Below are positions 28,898 to 41,688 of a DNA stretch of 64,000 nucleotides, one piece after another. The notes under the pieces are model-generated. The model was not told where the DNA came from, did no database searches, and worked only from the letters and a program-made list of their open reading frames with translations. Position numbers and translations under genes: made by a program. The DNA is from Paraspadella gotoi (taxonomy: Eukaryota > Animalia > Chaetognatha): contig CM119264.1 in NCBI GenBank assembly GCA_051294375.1, positions 9,174,764 to 9,238,763 on the forward strand, given 5' to 3'. Position 1 is the stretch's first letter, and each line of letters opens with the position of its first letter.

Positions 28898-29327
28898 AGA
28901 GAGAAGAGCGCATAAGTTGAGTATCGTAAAAATGTATTTGCTGTTTGATTTAATAGTTAACCTAACGCAAACATCCTTATATTATTGATAGGAATAAACC
29001 GGAAAAATAAATTTTTAGCATTTGTTTTCTTTCGCTAAATGTTTAATTACCTTTGAAATTTACTTAGTGTTTAATTACTAACTGTGAAATTTTCATTACT
29101 TAAATTATTTATAGCCTACATGCATTTTACTCTACCAAAATTGGAAATCAACTCTTTTATATTTTCTTCCTTGTCACTCAGAAAACAGACTGGAAAAGAA
29201 AGGAGAGAGCAAACAATGAAATGAAATTAAAGGTTTTCCTCTAATGCTTTATTTCCCTTCTCCAACTTTTCCCAATTCAAACACAGTCGTCGTCATGAGG
29301 ATATATCTCTCTCTGTCTCTTTCTCAT

Positions 29328-29416
<89 letters not shown>

Positions 29417-29870
29417 TCTCTTTCACTCGTCTCTCATGTCTGTCTTTGTCTCTTTTCTATCTCTTATCTTCTCTTCTCTCTCTTTCTCATTCCTACTTTG
29501 AAAAAAATTTCCATTTAAGAGATATAAAATTGTCCAATCTCTTAAAAATTCACGTGACAAATTCCCATACCTTTCCTCATTTACTTTTACTCTCTCTCGC
29601 ACAAATTTTTTTCAGCTGAGATTTTTCGGTTGTTGCCTCGTTTTCTACGACTTAAAACGTCAAACGTGACTAGAATGGAATCGTTGATAATTGAGACAAA
29701 AGAAGAAAAACAATACGGCCCATATTTTTTTTGATCAAGCAATTGCAAATTGTTTTTCATAAATAAACAATTTAACGGATAAAACGCTAAAAAGAATAGA
29801 GCAGGACTAATAATTGTAATTGTAGCAATTGTAAAAAAATGGGAAGAAATCGAATGATGAATTAGGGAAC

Positions 29871-29935
<65 letters not shown>

Positions 29936-30429
29936 TTTCGTCTTTTCCAAAATTCCCCTTTTTGTCCGCACCACCTTAATTTTGAGAGATTTTCGTCTTT
30001 ATGCCACTTCTCCCATTTTTTTTTCCCGCGCCACTCGATACTCGATCGATGCGCGACTTGTTTCGTCTTTTCTCAGCCACGCCCATTTTTTTTCCCGGGG
30101 ATTCGACGCGCGAGACGATTTACGATGGAGCGCGGGCGACGATCGCCTTTTCACCTCCGCTTCAGGAGGAGACGATGACGTATATGACCCAATTTTTGAC
30201 GAATTCTTCCATAAATTATCGACTTTATGAGTTCCGCTTTTGCCCAGCGCTGTTCTTTAGTTCTCCAGCGTTATGTACCGGGATATTTTCTTTGTATTTT
30301 ACGTATTTGCTTGATATTGACAAATTGTTTGATTATGTTGCTTTTTTTTCTCGTTAATATTTATTTTTTTACCAGAATCAAATTAAAAAAGGTTTAAAGC
30401 TAAATGCCCTCGAGTGAAATATATACGTA

Positions 30430-30522
<93 letters not shown>

Positions 30523-32623
30523 TCTCTCCCCCGCGTGTCTCGGTGTCTCCCCTTTCCGAATGCAGCCCACGTTAGTGCCCCTCGCCCTTTAATCTTACCG
30601 AAATCCCAGGTCAAACCTTTTCTGAATAACTCTCCTATAGAAACCCCTCCGTCCCGTTTCTTTTTTCCTTTAGTTTTATTTTTGGTTGCCGTTGCGTGTT
30701 TACGAAAGCAACGATTATTAAGAAATAAACCTCTGACTTCAATTAATCAAACAAATCAGTTAAATCAGTTAAATCAATCAAACAAAATCAAACAAAACAT
30801 AAATTTAGTCAGAATCCGAAAAAATTATATATTTTAAAGATATGTCATTGATGTATTTTCTTTTTTTTTCTTTCAGTCGTTTCCACTTGGACGCTTTTAC
30901 TGCTTATTGCTCTCGCTCAGTCGTCAACGTCCGATCGACCTCACCAACGTAAGCCCTTCATTTTAAAGTCGCGATCCGTCGTTTATTTTTCTCATTTTCT
31001 CATCCTCTTTCTCTCTCTCCTTTTTTTAAAGGGATCATAGTTCAAAAAGCGACAACGTAATTCGTATTCAGCGATTTTTATTTTTTAATTTGAAGCTTTA
31101 AAAAAAAAAAATCTACGTGTTTATCCTTTTAACTCCGAGTTTAAATAATTAAAAAACTCGTTATTTTTTCGGCAACGACCCACGGGCGAATAAAATCAAA
31201 ATAGTAAGCGACGAAAGCAGATCCTAAAATTGCGCGAATCCAAATGATTTTGGGCGGGAAGAGGAAAAGTTTGCAGAGGGGAAGGCGGGGACGGAATCTT
31301 TAATGGGTTGATGCTGTGGAGGCGGAATAAGTCATAAAAATGCTGGTAATTTATCAAGGTTGTTTAAACTGCGGTAACCGTTTAACTGCCCCAACTGTGC
31401 TTACTCAATCCCAATTATGTAATGCCGTAAGGCTACCCTAGACTGTCGATCCTGGTTACTTTCCGAGACCTGATCTACGGTTCCCAGTCAAAAAACCAGG
31501 TTGGTTTATCTTTGCCCATGTCCGAATGTTATATGTGATACCTCATTCATTTACTGTTCTCTTTCTTTCTCTCTCATGATTTTTGGTTTATGTGTAAGGA
31601 CGATGTCGATTTTCGAAGAGGAGACGTTCTTGATATTTCTGACGAAGACTCGCCTTTAAATATTTCGCTCCTCCCGGGATTTTTACGGATAACACAGAGG
31701 TTCACACAGAATGTCCGAAGACCGAAAGTCATTCGTAGAGATGTTCCAATACCGGAGCATCACGGATTGATCTGACGTGACTACCTCTACGAGTAGTTAA
31801 TTTTCGAGTTTTAACCTGAGGAAGATGCTGTTTAGTGCTTAGATTAGCAAATCATTTACACAGTTTCTATTAGATATATATTTTGTTAGAACAAGCTCAG
31901 TCAGATCGTGGGGTTAAAGATGAAATTTCCTTGAACTTTAGTGACGCAATAACTGCCTCCCGATTGGGTTCTGGAAAGGATGGAGTTCTCTTCTTCTTTT
32001 GCAAAAAAAAAAGTGAATTCGAAACCGAAAATTCGGATAGAAAATTCTAATTCGTTTTTTTAATGATTCCTCCTTTTTTTAACGCTTTCTCTGTTAATGT
32101 TAATGAATATTTTTCTCTTTTTTTTATCTACCAGGTTATTCATTATCTGATTATTCTAACTTGTCTTAATCACTTCGAGTTTATAAAGTCGTCGATGTCA
32201 TCTTTATTTTTTCGTCGTCGTCGATATCATCTCTTTTTTAATCCTCCGCAGCGATGCCTCCAACCCGATTTCAAAATTAGCGTCAGTTTTACAATTCCAT
32301 TTCCTTGAGATTGGAATCGAATGAGGTCGGTCGGTCGGTCTGTATTATTAGCGGTCTGTCAGTCGGTCGATCGAGAAAAAAACTGTGGGTTGGTTGTGAT
32401 ACCCAGCTGGGGTATCTTACATGTTGTCAACTGTTGTCATTATGGGCTAAGGATCCTAAGTCTCGCTTCCTGCCACTGGCGCGGTTACTCATGGTCGGAA
32501 TCGCTTCTACCAACACAGAGGGAAGTCGTTAGAACTTTGGATAGAAAGGTTATGCTGAATGAAGTTGGAGGCAAGGCGGTGCGAATATACCGCCACAGCT
32601 AATGATTTGGGCCTGAATTCGTT
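24815..32623. repeat. Large fold-back inverted duplication: left arm 24815-28725, ~180-bp spacer, right arm 28907-32623
   Basis: Colinear reverse-complement match throughout. Examples: CTCAACTTATGCGCT(28725) vs AGCGCATAAGTTGAG(28907), and CAGGCCCAAAATCATAGCTGTGGCGG vs CCGCCACAGCTAATGATTTGGGCCTG. The arms differ mostly by 1-bp indels. Confidence 0.95.
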
Positions 32624-32648
32624 ATCATAGTCTTTCCACGTACTGATA

Positions 32649-32690
<42 letters not shown>

Positions 32691-32782
32691 TTTCTCTCTC
32701 TCTCGTCTTCTCTCCTCTCTCTCTCCCTCTCTCTCTCTCTTTCTCTCTTCTCTCTCTCTCTCTCTCTCTTCTTCTATCTCTA

Positions 32783-32837
<55 letters not shown>

Positions 32838-32889
32838 TTCTCTCTCTCTCTTTCTCTCTCTTTCTTTCTCTCTTCTCTCTCTCTCTCAG

Positions 32890-33775
32890 ATGACGGAGGA
32901 CGTCGGCTCTCACTTCCCCAGAGTCGCCAGAGGAACTAAAGTGGTCGTGAAGACGGGAGAAGCAGACGACGAAGAAATTGAACCCGTACGCGCGGCCAGC
33001 GACCCTAAAGGGGCGGTGGAAGGGACCAGAGCGGCCAGCGCCGGCTTGCCCGCTCTCAGAGTCCAATCGAAGGACGACAACAACGACAACAACGACAACA
33101 AAGACGCTTTGGTGACTTCGAGGTCCCTCAACGCGGGGACCGATGAAAGATCAAAGGGAAAATATTACGAGAGACTTTTTTTGGAGGACGACGACGACAA
33201 TGACAACGACGACGTCAATGACAAGGACGACGCCAACGACGAATCCTTACTGGACGCGATGATCTACCCGAGCGCGCGTCCGGCGACGCCCGTCGACGCC
33301 GCCCCAGAAACTCGGCGTCGGTCCGGACTCCGCGTCAAAGTTTCTTCGTCCTCAGCTTCAGAGTCCACTTCGACGACTGAGCCACAGCGCACCCCCCAAA
33401 GCGGTGCCGCCTCTTCTCGACCGGAAATGTGGCGCTACGCCACCGTAGACGCGACCCCGGGTGACGACGCGTGGCGCGCTTCCGGCGTCGTCGTCGTCGA
33501 ACCTTTCGCAGAAAGTTTGGACGACGAGGGTCGACTCTTCGTCGGCGGACACGGCGAAGGAGGCGGAGATAGCGTCAGCGACAGCGACAGCGTCAGCGAC
33601 AGCCGCGGTCAAAACATCTCCATTCCCTCTCATGATGGATTAACCGGAACCAACTCGTCTCCTCGATGCGATTCTCGTCTTGACGCCCGTTTTCGCCGCA
33701 AGTATCGGTTGCTGCATCCTCCTTGCCGCAAATCTATTCGCACTCTGCTGCATCCCTTCTGCAAAGGAGTATTGG
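32890..33775 (+). CDS. Probable coding exon: acidic/Ser-Thr-rich disordered region followed by a putative transmembrane helix (frameshifted near 33680)
   Basis: GC-rich 300-codon ORF bounded by a polypyrimidine-CAG| acceptor at 32889 and a G|GTGAGT donor at 33776. The +1 frame at the 3' end reads TPVFAASIGCCILLAANLFALCCIPSAKEYW. No family recognised. Confidence 0.55.
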
Positions 33776-33888
33776 GTGAGTTCAGCAAATGATTTAAATT
33801 CTCAGTAATATATGTATAATAAAATGATGATAAATAATGTTTTTTATATCGGTTCCTTCTTATTTATATTTTTATGACTGTCTGTCTC

Positions 33889-33938
<50 letters not shown>

Positions 33939-33939
33939 A

Positions 33940-33976
<37 letters not shown>

Positions 33977-34980
33977 CTCTCTCGTCTCTCTCTCTCTGTC
34001 CCCTTTCTCTCGCTCATTCTTTCCCCTCCTTATCGCGTTTTTGCTTGAGCGCTTATTCTCTCTCGCCGAGGTCCTTTCATTCCTTCACCTCTTTGACAAT
34101 TCCATCTGCAAAAAAAAGTTGAGATGATTTGTTGTGTGGGGAGAAGTCGATGTGTGGTGGTGAAGCCTCTCTGTTCCTTATCGGGAGCAGGAAGAACAAT
34201 TTTATGATTTTTTTTTAAAAAATTTTTCACCAGTCAAACTGTGCTTTGACAGTTTTTCCAATTTCCAATAACCTTTTGACATAATTTTTGGGACACTTTT
34301 ATTCTTTCTCTTCATTTTACTTGTGAAAGTCCAAAAAAGTATCGCTTTCCAATATTCTTTCTTTCNNNNNNNNNNNNNNNNNNNNNNNNNNNNNNNNNNN
34401 NNNNNNNNNNNNNNNNNNNNNNNNNNNNNNNNNNNNNNNNNNNNNNNNNNNNNNNNNNNNNNNNNNNNNNNNNNNNNNNNNNNNNNNNNNNNNNNNNNTC
34501 TCTCCATTTCTGCGAGAGACCTCTCTCATTTTTCATTTTCACCTCTCGGCACACCCTTTCTCGTAATCCCTTCACCCCGGGTCTTGATGAGAAGCAGCTT
34601 CCGATTTAAATAGTGGTGAATTATATATTGATTTTTGAATATGCTCTCTCCACAATGTGGAGTCCACATATCGTTAATTTTTAAAAATATTATTTTAGAT
34701 TGCAAAGTAAAACCAATGTATGTTTGTACCGAAAAAAATATTTTAAATGCATAAGACTTATTATATTCTTTTATAAGTACATGATAAAATGGATGAAAGA
34801 TCTTCATCAGAAGCCAATAAAAAAAAGTTATTGTATTATTAAGTAATCAGGAAAAATTGAAAGATAACTAAAAAGTTTCCTAAACAGAAAGAAACCAAAA
34901 AAAAAGGAAAGTGAGAAAAAAGACATAAACCGCGAAACCCGAGGAAATGATGAAATTGCAAAAACAGCGCTCTTCCTCCA

Positions 34981-35014
<34 letters not shown>

Positions 35015-35594
35015 NNNNNNNNNNNNNNNNNNNNNNNNNNNNNNNNNNNNNNNNNNNNNNNNNNNNNNNNNNNNNNAAAAAAAAAAAAAATAGAAAAAAA
35101 AACTTTGAAAAAATGTGAAATTGGTGATATGGAGGAGGATCCATATTTCACGCTGTCGTGAAACTATCGTCGCAATATTCGTCGTGGCCTCCGTTGATGG
35201 CGTCGACTGCATCACCATAAATATAAAATAGTCGTTAATACGTAGTGTCATCACCTTCGTCATACCTTTTGTTATTTACAATCTTTATGGTTCCATGAAT
35301 TTCACTTTACCCTTTTCGTCCCCTTCGATAAAGCAAATTTTGTTTACAGTTTCCGTTATTCATTTCATTATAAGCTAATCTTAAAAGATCTAAAAATCTC
35401 CTTAACCTAAATTAAATAATTTTGTAATTTTGTAATCTCAAAACCATTTTTGTCTTTGTTTTTATTTGTCATATCTTAATGTCTTGTCACTTAATGTTTT
35501 GTCCTTCCCCGACATCCTCACATTTAACGCAGTGATGTCTCGATCATTTTTTTCAATTCCTTTCGTTCACAATTTATGGAGTCGCAATCGTCAC

Positions 35595-35995
35595 CTCGGT
35601 CGTCGTCATCAAAGTTTTTATTTTCGTCGTCGTCGTCGTCGGCATCGTCTTCTGCTTCGTCGTTGTCATTGTCGTTATCTTCTCGATCTTCGTCGTCGTC
35701 AGCGTCGTCATCTTCTATGTCATCACCGACATCGTTCTCGTCATCATTATAATCTTCGTCGTCGTCATTGTCGTCATGTTCATCTTCGTCGTCGTCGTCA
35801 TGCTCATCTTCGTCGTCATCGTCATCAGCGTCGTCTTCTATGTCATCACCATCATCGTTCTCGTCATCATTATAATCTTCGTCGTCGTCATTGTCGTTAT
35901 CATCATCTCCGTCGTCATGCTCATCTTCGTCGTCATTATCATCATCTTCGTCGTCGTCATCGTCGTCACCTTCGTCCTCGTTATCGCCCTCGTTT
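35595..35995. repeat. Compound (TCG/TCA)n trinucleotide repeat with an internal ~75-bp higher-order duplication
   Basis: TCAGCGTCGTC..TTCTATGTCATCACC..CATCGTTCTCGTCATCATTATAATCTTCGTCGTCGTCATTGTCGT occurs at ~35699 and ~35826. Confidence 0.8.
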
Positions 35996-36188
35996 ATCAG
36001 ATAATGTATTAAAAGCTTAGAGCTATTTCGTGGCGGCGGCCGTCGAATCATTCGTCACGAATAAAGTGAACCGTTTTTCGTGTTTTTTTTCTTGTTTATT
36101 TTTTTTGATTGATTTTTTTTAATAGCCCGCCGCGGAGACCGAAATGTACTCGCAGGAAGAAGAGAGAGAGAGAGAGAGAGAAGAGAAG

Positions 36189-36221
<33 letters not shown>

Positions 36222-37703
36222 GAGTGATGAGAGAGAGAGAGAAGAGAGAAGATGGCGCCGAAGAACTGGTTTCCATCTTCGGAAATGGAATCAGGGGAAA
36301 AGGTCTGCGGGCGCCAATCGAACGACGGGTCACGATCTCTTAAGTCCCCCCCCACGAGTATTTTTCAGTCAATATTCTTTTTTTTTCTTTTCTTTTTTTT
36401 TTATCTTTTTGACGACCGCAATCTTCTGCCTCCGATGGATTCCCTCCCTAACTCCACGCCTCTATTCAAACTTGTCGCCCCACTCTGACCCGACCCTTCC
36501 CACCTTCCAACTACAGTCATCACCTTGACCCATCTCTTCCTCCTCCTCTTCCTCCTCCTCCTCCTCTTTCTCGTCTCCTCGATCGATGATTTCTTCGTGG
36601 TTGTCGTCTTCGTCATCTTATCATCATTGTCATCATCGTCGTCGTCGTCGTCCTCGTCGTCCTCGTCGTCGTCGTCGTCGACACAGCATAAAGAGCATCT
36701 CCCTCATCATCATCACCCTCATCAACAAAATAGATATTATCATCGTCATCATCATCATCATCATCGTCATCATCATCATCATCAGTGTCACGGCAATTGT
36801 CCTGTCATCACTTTTACGTAGCTCTCTTCTTTCTTAAAGCGACATCTTCCGTGTTTAACATCGAATGAGAATAAGAATTTGTCTTTTGTTTTCCTATTTT
36901 TCTCTTTGTTTTCATCTTCCCTCGTCCTTTCGTCGTCGTCGTGGTCGTCGTCGTCGTCGTCTTCCTTTCGAACTCTGCTCCCAAAATCCTTCCAACGTCT
37001 TAGAAACGTCGTCCTAATGATGGAGTCTCTTTCCACAAAATACCCGCAGTGCTCTTGTCTAGTCTTAGGTCGTCGTCGTCGTCATTTTCTATGAGATCTT
37101 TTTTTATTTCTACAGAATCCATTATAGTACTAGTCGGTGATTATTGATTTCATTTTTTTTTTTTGAGAAACAATTTCAGCAATATGAGATAAAGTATACG
37201 GTAATAATTTCGTACTTTCTTGGCTCTCTCTTTTTATTTTTGCTTCGCGTTTCGGTTTCCCATTGCTATCCCGGTTGCTTGGCAACGAAAATTTCAGGTT
37301 GGCGCCCTGTTGCGAAAAATGCGAGGGATCAGATGTCTCACCATCCGCAATTCTAAACAAAGTATTGCTAGTTTTATTATTCGATAATTTTATTTCAATA
37401 TATTATATGTCATTATATGTATAGTTTATACATATATTAGTGAATATTAAATAACAGAAAAATTAAGACAGAAACGAAATTGTATTAATTACATTGAGGG
37501 AATTGAAAGGTTTTCAATCTATTCGTAATTCAAGGACATTCATCTATTATGTCATAATTATGACATGACGAGATTATGATTTAATCGAGCTTCCACTGAA
37601 CCTCAATTCTCTTTTCATCTTATCATCCCTTTATATTATTATTACGTCGACCTCTCCAAGGTTTCGCCTACATCGTTATCTCTTTTCCTCAACACCCAAC
37701 CGA

Positions 37704-37804
<101 letters not shown>

Positions 37805-39370
37805 ATTTCCTTTCCCTCCCGAAAAAAATCCTTAACAGACGACCGGAAATCTGGGTCAGGTCTGCCCTCGTGTTCAAACTTCCCTCTGAGTTCGAATGTT
37901 TTACCTGAGATTTTTTTTTTCCTGCAGTCGTCTACGTCTTCGTCTCTGTGGTCGTCGTCGTCGGCGATAATGTTGTTTTTGTAGATTTGTTTTTGCAGTT
38001 GGTTGTTGATTTTCTTGAACTTGCCTTCTGTCCGGAGCACAAAAAATGTGGCCCAGACGGTTAAATATTTCGGGATTTAGGTACGTATCAAGCAATATGA
38101 TCTCATACAATTTTTTTGACACTCATAAAGCAAACTAATTTTTCGATATCAAAAATAATGTTGCAACACTTAGATAAATAGTAATTCAACGGGACTGACA
38201 TTGTTAATGTGGTCCTTATCATAGTTGATATTTGAATGTAAACCGCTGTCTTCTTCGGTGGCTGAGATAATGGAGTCTTGCCGAAACTTCGGGCGAGAGT
38301 CGTTTAACCCTAGACGTCGTCGTTGTTGTGGTTTTCATTTCTTCATCGTCGCTTGGTCGTTGCCTTTTTTTGAAGCCAATGCCAAAGTCCTGACTGTCCT
38401 AACAATCTGTTGCCATTAATTAACAACTTGACCTCGCGGGCATCTATGTTATCGCTGTTTGCTCGTACGCGTTGTATGTGTGCCAACTCATTTGCTGGGC
38501 TTCGTTGACGGCGCATATCTTAGCTATTTTTTTTAGCAGTCTGGTAAATAATATTGAACATGATCCTGTCTCCGACTGAACCACAGTGACGGCTTTAGTT
38601 AATATTTCTTTAGGTCTGAATTTTAACTTATGCTCATACATGAAATCACTTATCTTGAATCCCAAAAACGACTGCAATTAGGGGTCGGAGCACCGCTCGA
38701 TTCAAGCGGGGATGTAAATTTTAGACGTAACTAACATTTTATAAAATAATTACCATAACAATTGAACGAAATATGCTCACAATTCTTTGCGCATAATTTA
38801 AAACGATTAAATTAATATGATTTTTTAATTCTCTTTATTTCTTTGTTATTTCCCTAGCGGAACTTTCTGAAAACAAAAGGCTTTAAATTGTTTTGTTAAA
38901 AAAATGTTTTTAAATTTTACTTAAACATTTATATTTTAGATATAGAAGTATTACAGTAGCTAACATCAAGAAAAAGATCGTAAAAAAAGCCTTCCATCTT
39001 ATGTTCATCATGCATTATGCCTCTTGGAGATATAAAATTTGGTGCGACGTTGTTCTTCCATTCCTATCTGATCTTATCTTCAGTTTTCCTAATCTATTCT
39101 CTCTAAAATTCTTTGTTTGAAACTTTACTTGTATCTCTCTCTCTCCCACTCTCTCTCTTTTTCCCTCTCTCTCTCTTTTTCCCTCACTCTCTCTCTCTCT
39201 ATCTCTTTCTCTCTCTATCTCTATAAAAAAAATTATTACAATCTATTTCGCGCTGATGAAGTCTCGCAATTAGAGCCAAAACGTCCGTTTTTAATAAATC
39301 GTTGTTTGTAAACAAAGTTTTCTGATTTTTCTGCCTTTAATAAGAGAAATAATTATTAAATGATTAAAAG

Positions 39371-40401
39371 ATTTTGCGACCTCGCGTCCGGTCATTTTTC
39401 CTCGGTCATTTCAGTTGACATTTTCAAACAAGTATTTTTACCGTTCTAGTCTCTTTTTCTTGACTTTATCATAATCGTTTATCAGCATAAGATCGGCTGT
39501 ATGAAACCGGATTTTGAAAACAAATTTATTGTACAATATTTATTTTGCTATTCATTTATTCTCTATAAAAACTCATTCACGATTTATTCGTCAGTTATTC
39601 AACATTTACATTATTTGAGATTTAGAAATCTTTGCTCCATGTTAAATTATATATAAAGTCTGTTCATCCTATGGCAGACGTATCGAACGCAAAAATAATA
39701 AACATTTTCTACAGTGCAAATCTAACTCAATCTCATTTGAAATGAACCACAAATTATTCTGCGACACAAAATTCGGTTACTGAACGCCTCGTCATTTCCT
39801 AAATTTGATTTTTCACAAATAATTTTGGTTAAAAGAAACCTCATGCCAGCGACTTGAAAAGCGGCAAGAAATGGTCATATAAGGTTACGTGAAAAGACTG
39901 ACCATTTGCTAACGATATTTTATTATCTGTTTATATTTTTTTTAAATCTTGACTTAAGCAGCACTATTTGCAGTTTTTACTGCAGAAAAATTGGTTGGTT
40001 GGCCCGTGAGTTTGAGAATTCGAGATCGGCCATCCAGTGAACAGGCTTTTTTTTTGCGGCTCTTCAAATCTTGAGAAAAAAGAAAATTCCGACTAAATTC
40101 CCAAAATCTTATTGTAGAAAATCTTTTGTATTTTCTATGCCTGCGAGGTCGCGCGTTTGAGGCGTCGGTCGACGGATGAAAAGGTTTTGACAAGGAGCAA
40201 GGATTTCGTAGTATCTTACTAAATCTCGAAGCGTGAAGAAAACGTCAAAAAATGTAGAATAAATCGTGAAATATTGGTATTTTCGTCGATCAATGGCAAA
40301 TCAATGAAATGTTGAATAAATATTTGTAATAAATCCTTGGTATCCGTAAAAACTACGGTTCCAGACGGCTAAAAAAGTGACTCGACGCGAGATAACAAAA
40401 T
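39371..40401. mobile_element. Diverged, composite copy of the 6929-7439 MITE family
   Basis: It starts ATTTTGCGACCTCGCGTCCGGTCATTTTTCC (the same TIR). It contains the MITE internal segment in inverted orientation (~39560-39715) and ends GTAAAAACTACGGTTCCA...GACGCGAGATAACAAAAT. Confidence 0.65.
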
Positions 40402-41085
40402 ATCTTTCACTTATATTTTTGAAAACATAAATCATGAATAATGAGGGAAATGTGGTTTGGAGCCTATGTTAAGATATTCCAAGCAGGCTACATTGAATGC
40501 TCATTCTGCAGTCGTGAAAAGAAAATACCTTTTCACAGAGGAAGTTAGTTTATATAGCAAGTGCTGTTTTCAAAGGTGAGAAAATTTAAAGACGGTATTG
40601 AATTAAAAAGTTTTTATTTTTGTTTCATACAACAAACATAATTAGTATGAAAAACGGATATTTTTTTGCTTTATTGTTAGCCTTCATCAGCGCAAAATTT
40701 ATTTGTATTCTCAGATTTTTAGCCAAAAAGTAATGGTTAGAGATAGAGAGAGAGAGAGAGAGAAAAAATAAGGCTAACATTATTGTCAAAACATGTCCGT
40801 TTCTCATAATAATTACATTCGTTGTATGAAACAAAAATAAAAACTTTTTACTTTAATTCTACCTAAGCAAGAAATGAAAGAATTTATTTTCAGACTATTT
40901 TAAAGTTTGATAAGTACGTAATTCTTTCGTTTCCTTTCCCCCCCAAAAAAACTTTTAAACTAAAGCATACAGTGATCACCTTTTGATTTACTTTGACAAA
41001 GATACACATAGAAAACATTTTAAATGAAAGACTTTGTTAATGTTCTTGATTATATGACGATATGCCATAATTCTCTTGTTAGTAA

Positions 41086-41670
41086 TGCGGCCACTTGAGC
41101 AAGTGAAATCAAAATAGAAATCACTCATGCCCTTCTGGGAATTGAACCCGGGCTCAAGGTCTGGAGAACAAAGAACTACTGTTCTCTGCCAACCAGATGG
41201 CCACAAAATGTCAAGACAAAATCCTCTTCTTAAAGATTTAATCAAGAACTAAAGACTTTTGTTTTCAAAAGATAAACTTGATTAACAGAAGATGTCACCC
41301 ATGTTAATTCCCTTTTGTTCACTGAATGTTTACTTTATTGATGTAAAACTAAGATTTCATTCCTGTTGTTGAATCTTGATTCAAATAGATGATTTTTCAC
41401 CAATGTTTTTAATCTCTTGTTTTTACTCAAATCTCAAATGTAACTGAGTACATTATTTCACTTGAAGAAAAACAAATCTGAATTGAAACTGATTTTATTC
41501 TGCCAATTATGATCATCAAATAATACATCAATAAATCTACCGGTCACGCCTTCCCTGCGCCGTCAATACCCAAGAGACTTAATCCTTGGCTACTTCTCCT
41601 ACTTAGGACCGTGACACTCTAGTTGTCACGCCCTCTGTCACGCTGTGGCAAACCTCCGGGCCGTGCCACA
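41086..41670 (+). repeat. 5' LTR (585 bp)
   Basis: The first 15 bp (TGCGGCCACTTGAGC) recur immediately after the PPT at 46762. The last 15 bp (CCGGGCCGTGCCACA) recur at 47188. AATAAA at 41530-41535. Followed by the PBS. Confidence 0.9.
41128..41212 (-). ncRNA. tRNA-like / SINE-head-like Pol III unit inside the LTR (antisense)
   Basis: Minus strand: GACATTTTG-TGGCCATCTGG(A-box-like)-TTGGCA-GAGAACAgtagttcttTGTTCTC-CAGACCTTGAGC-CCGGGTTCAATTCCCAG(consensus B box GGTTCAATTCC)-AAGGGCA. Confidence 0.55.
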
Positions 41671-41672
41671 CA

Positions 41673-41688
41673 TGGTGAGACCCACGCG
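41673..41688 (+). other. Primer-binding site (TGGTGAGACCCACGCG), tRNA-Trp-like but imperfect
   Basis: TGG begins 2 bp after the LTR's terminal CA. It resembles the complement of the animal tRNA-Trp 3' end (TGGTGACCCCGACGTG). Confidence 0.7.

Noticed and set aside
31590-31775. FRRGDVLDISDED looks like an SH3 fragment
   Set aside because: It lies in the error-rich palindrome arm. The mirrored left-arm sequence does not keep this frame, and other SH3 motifs are absent.
35524-36051. 175-aa Asp-rich ORF resembling acidic biomineralisation proteins
   Set aside because: No signal peptide or clear splice context. Similar GAC/GAT tracts are scattered throughout the window's non-coding DNA.
37905-38690. 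Possible minus-strand exon(s), and similar GC-richer islands at ~8100-8350, 15500-16020, 17350-17720, 51280-51480 and 53140-53360
   Set aside because: Some have plausible splice sites, but there is no consistent frame or recognisable protein family, so they cannot be supported without transcript or homology data.
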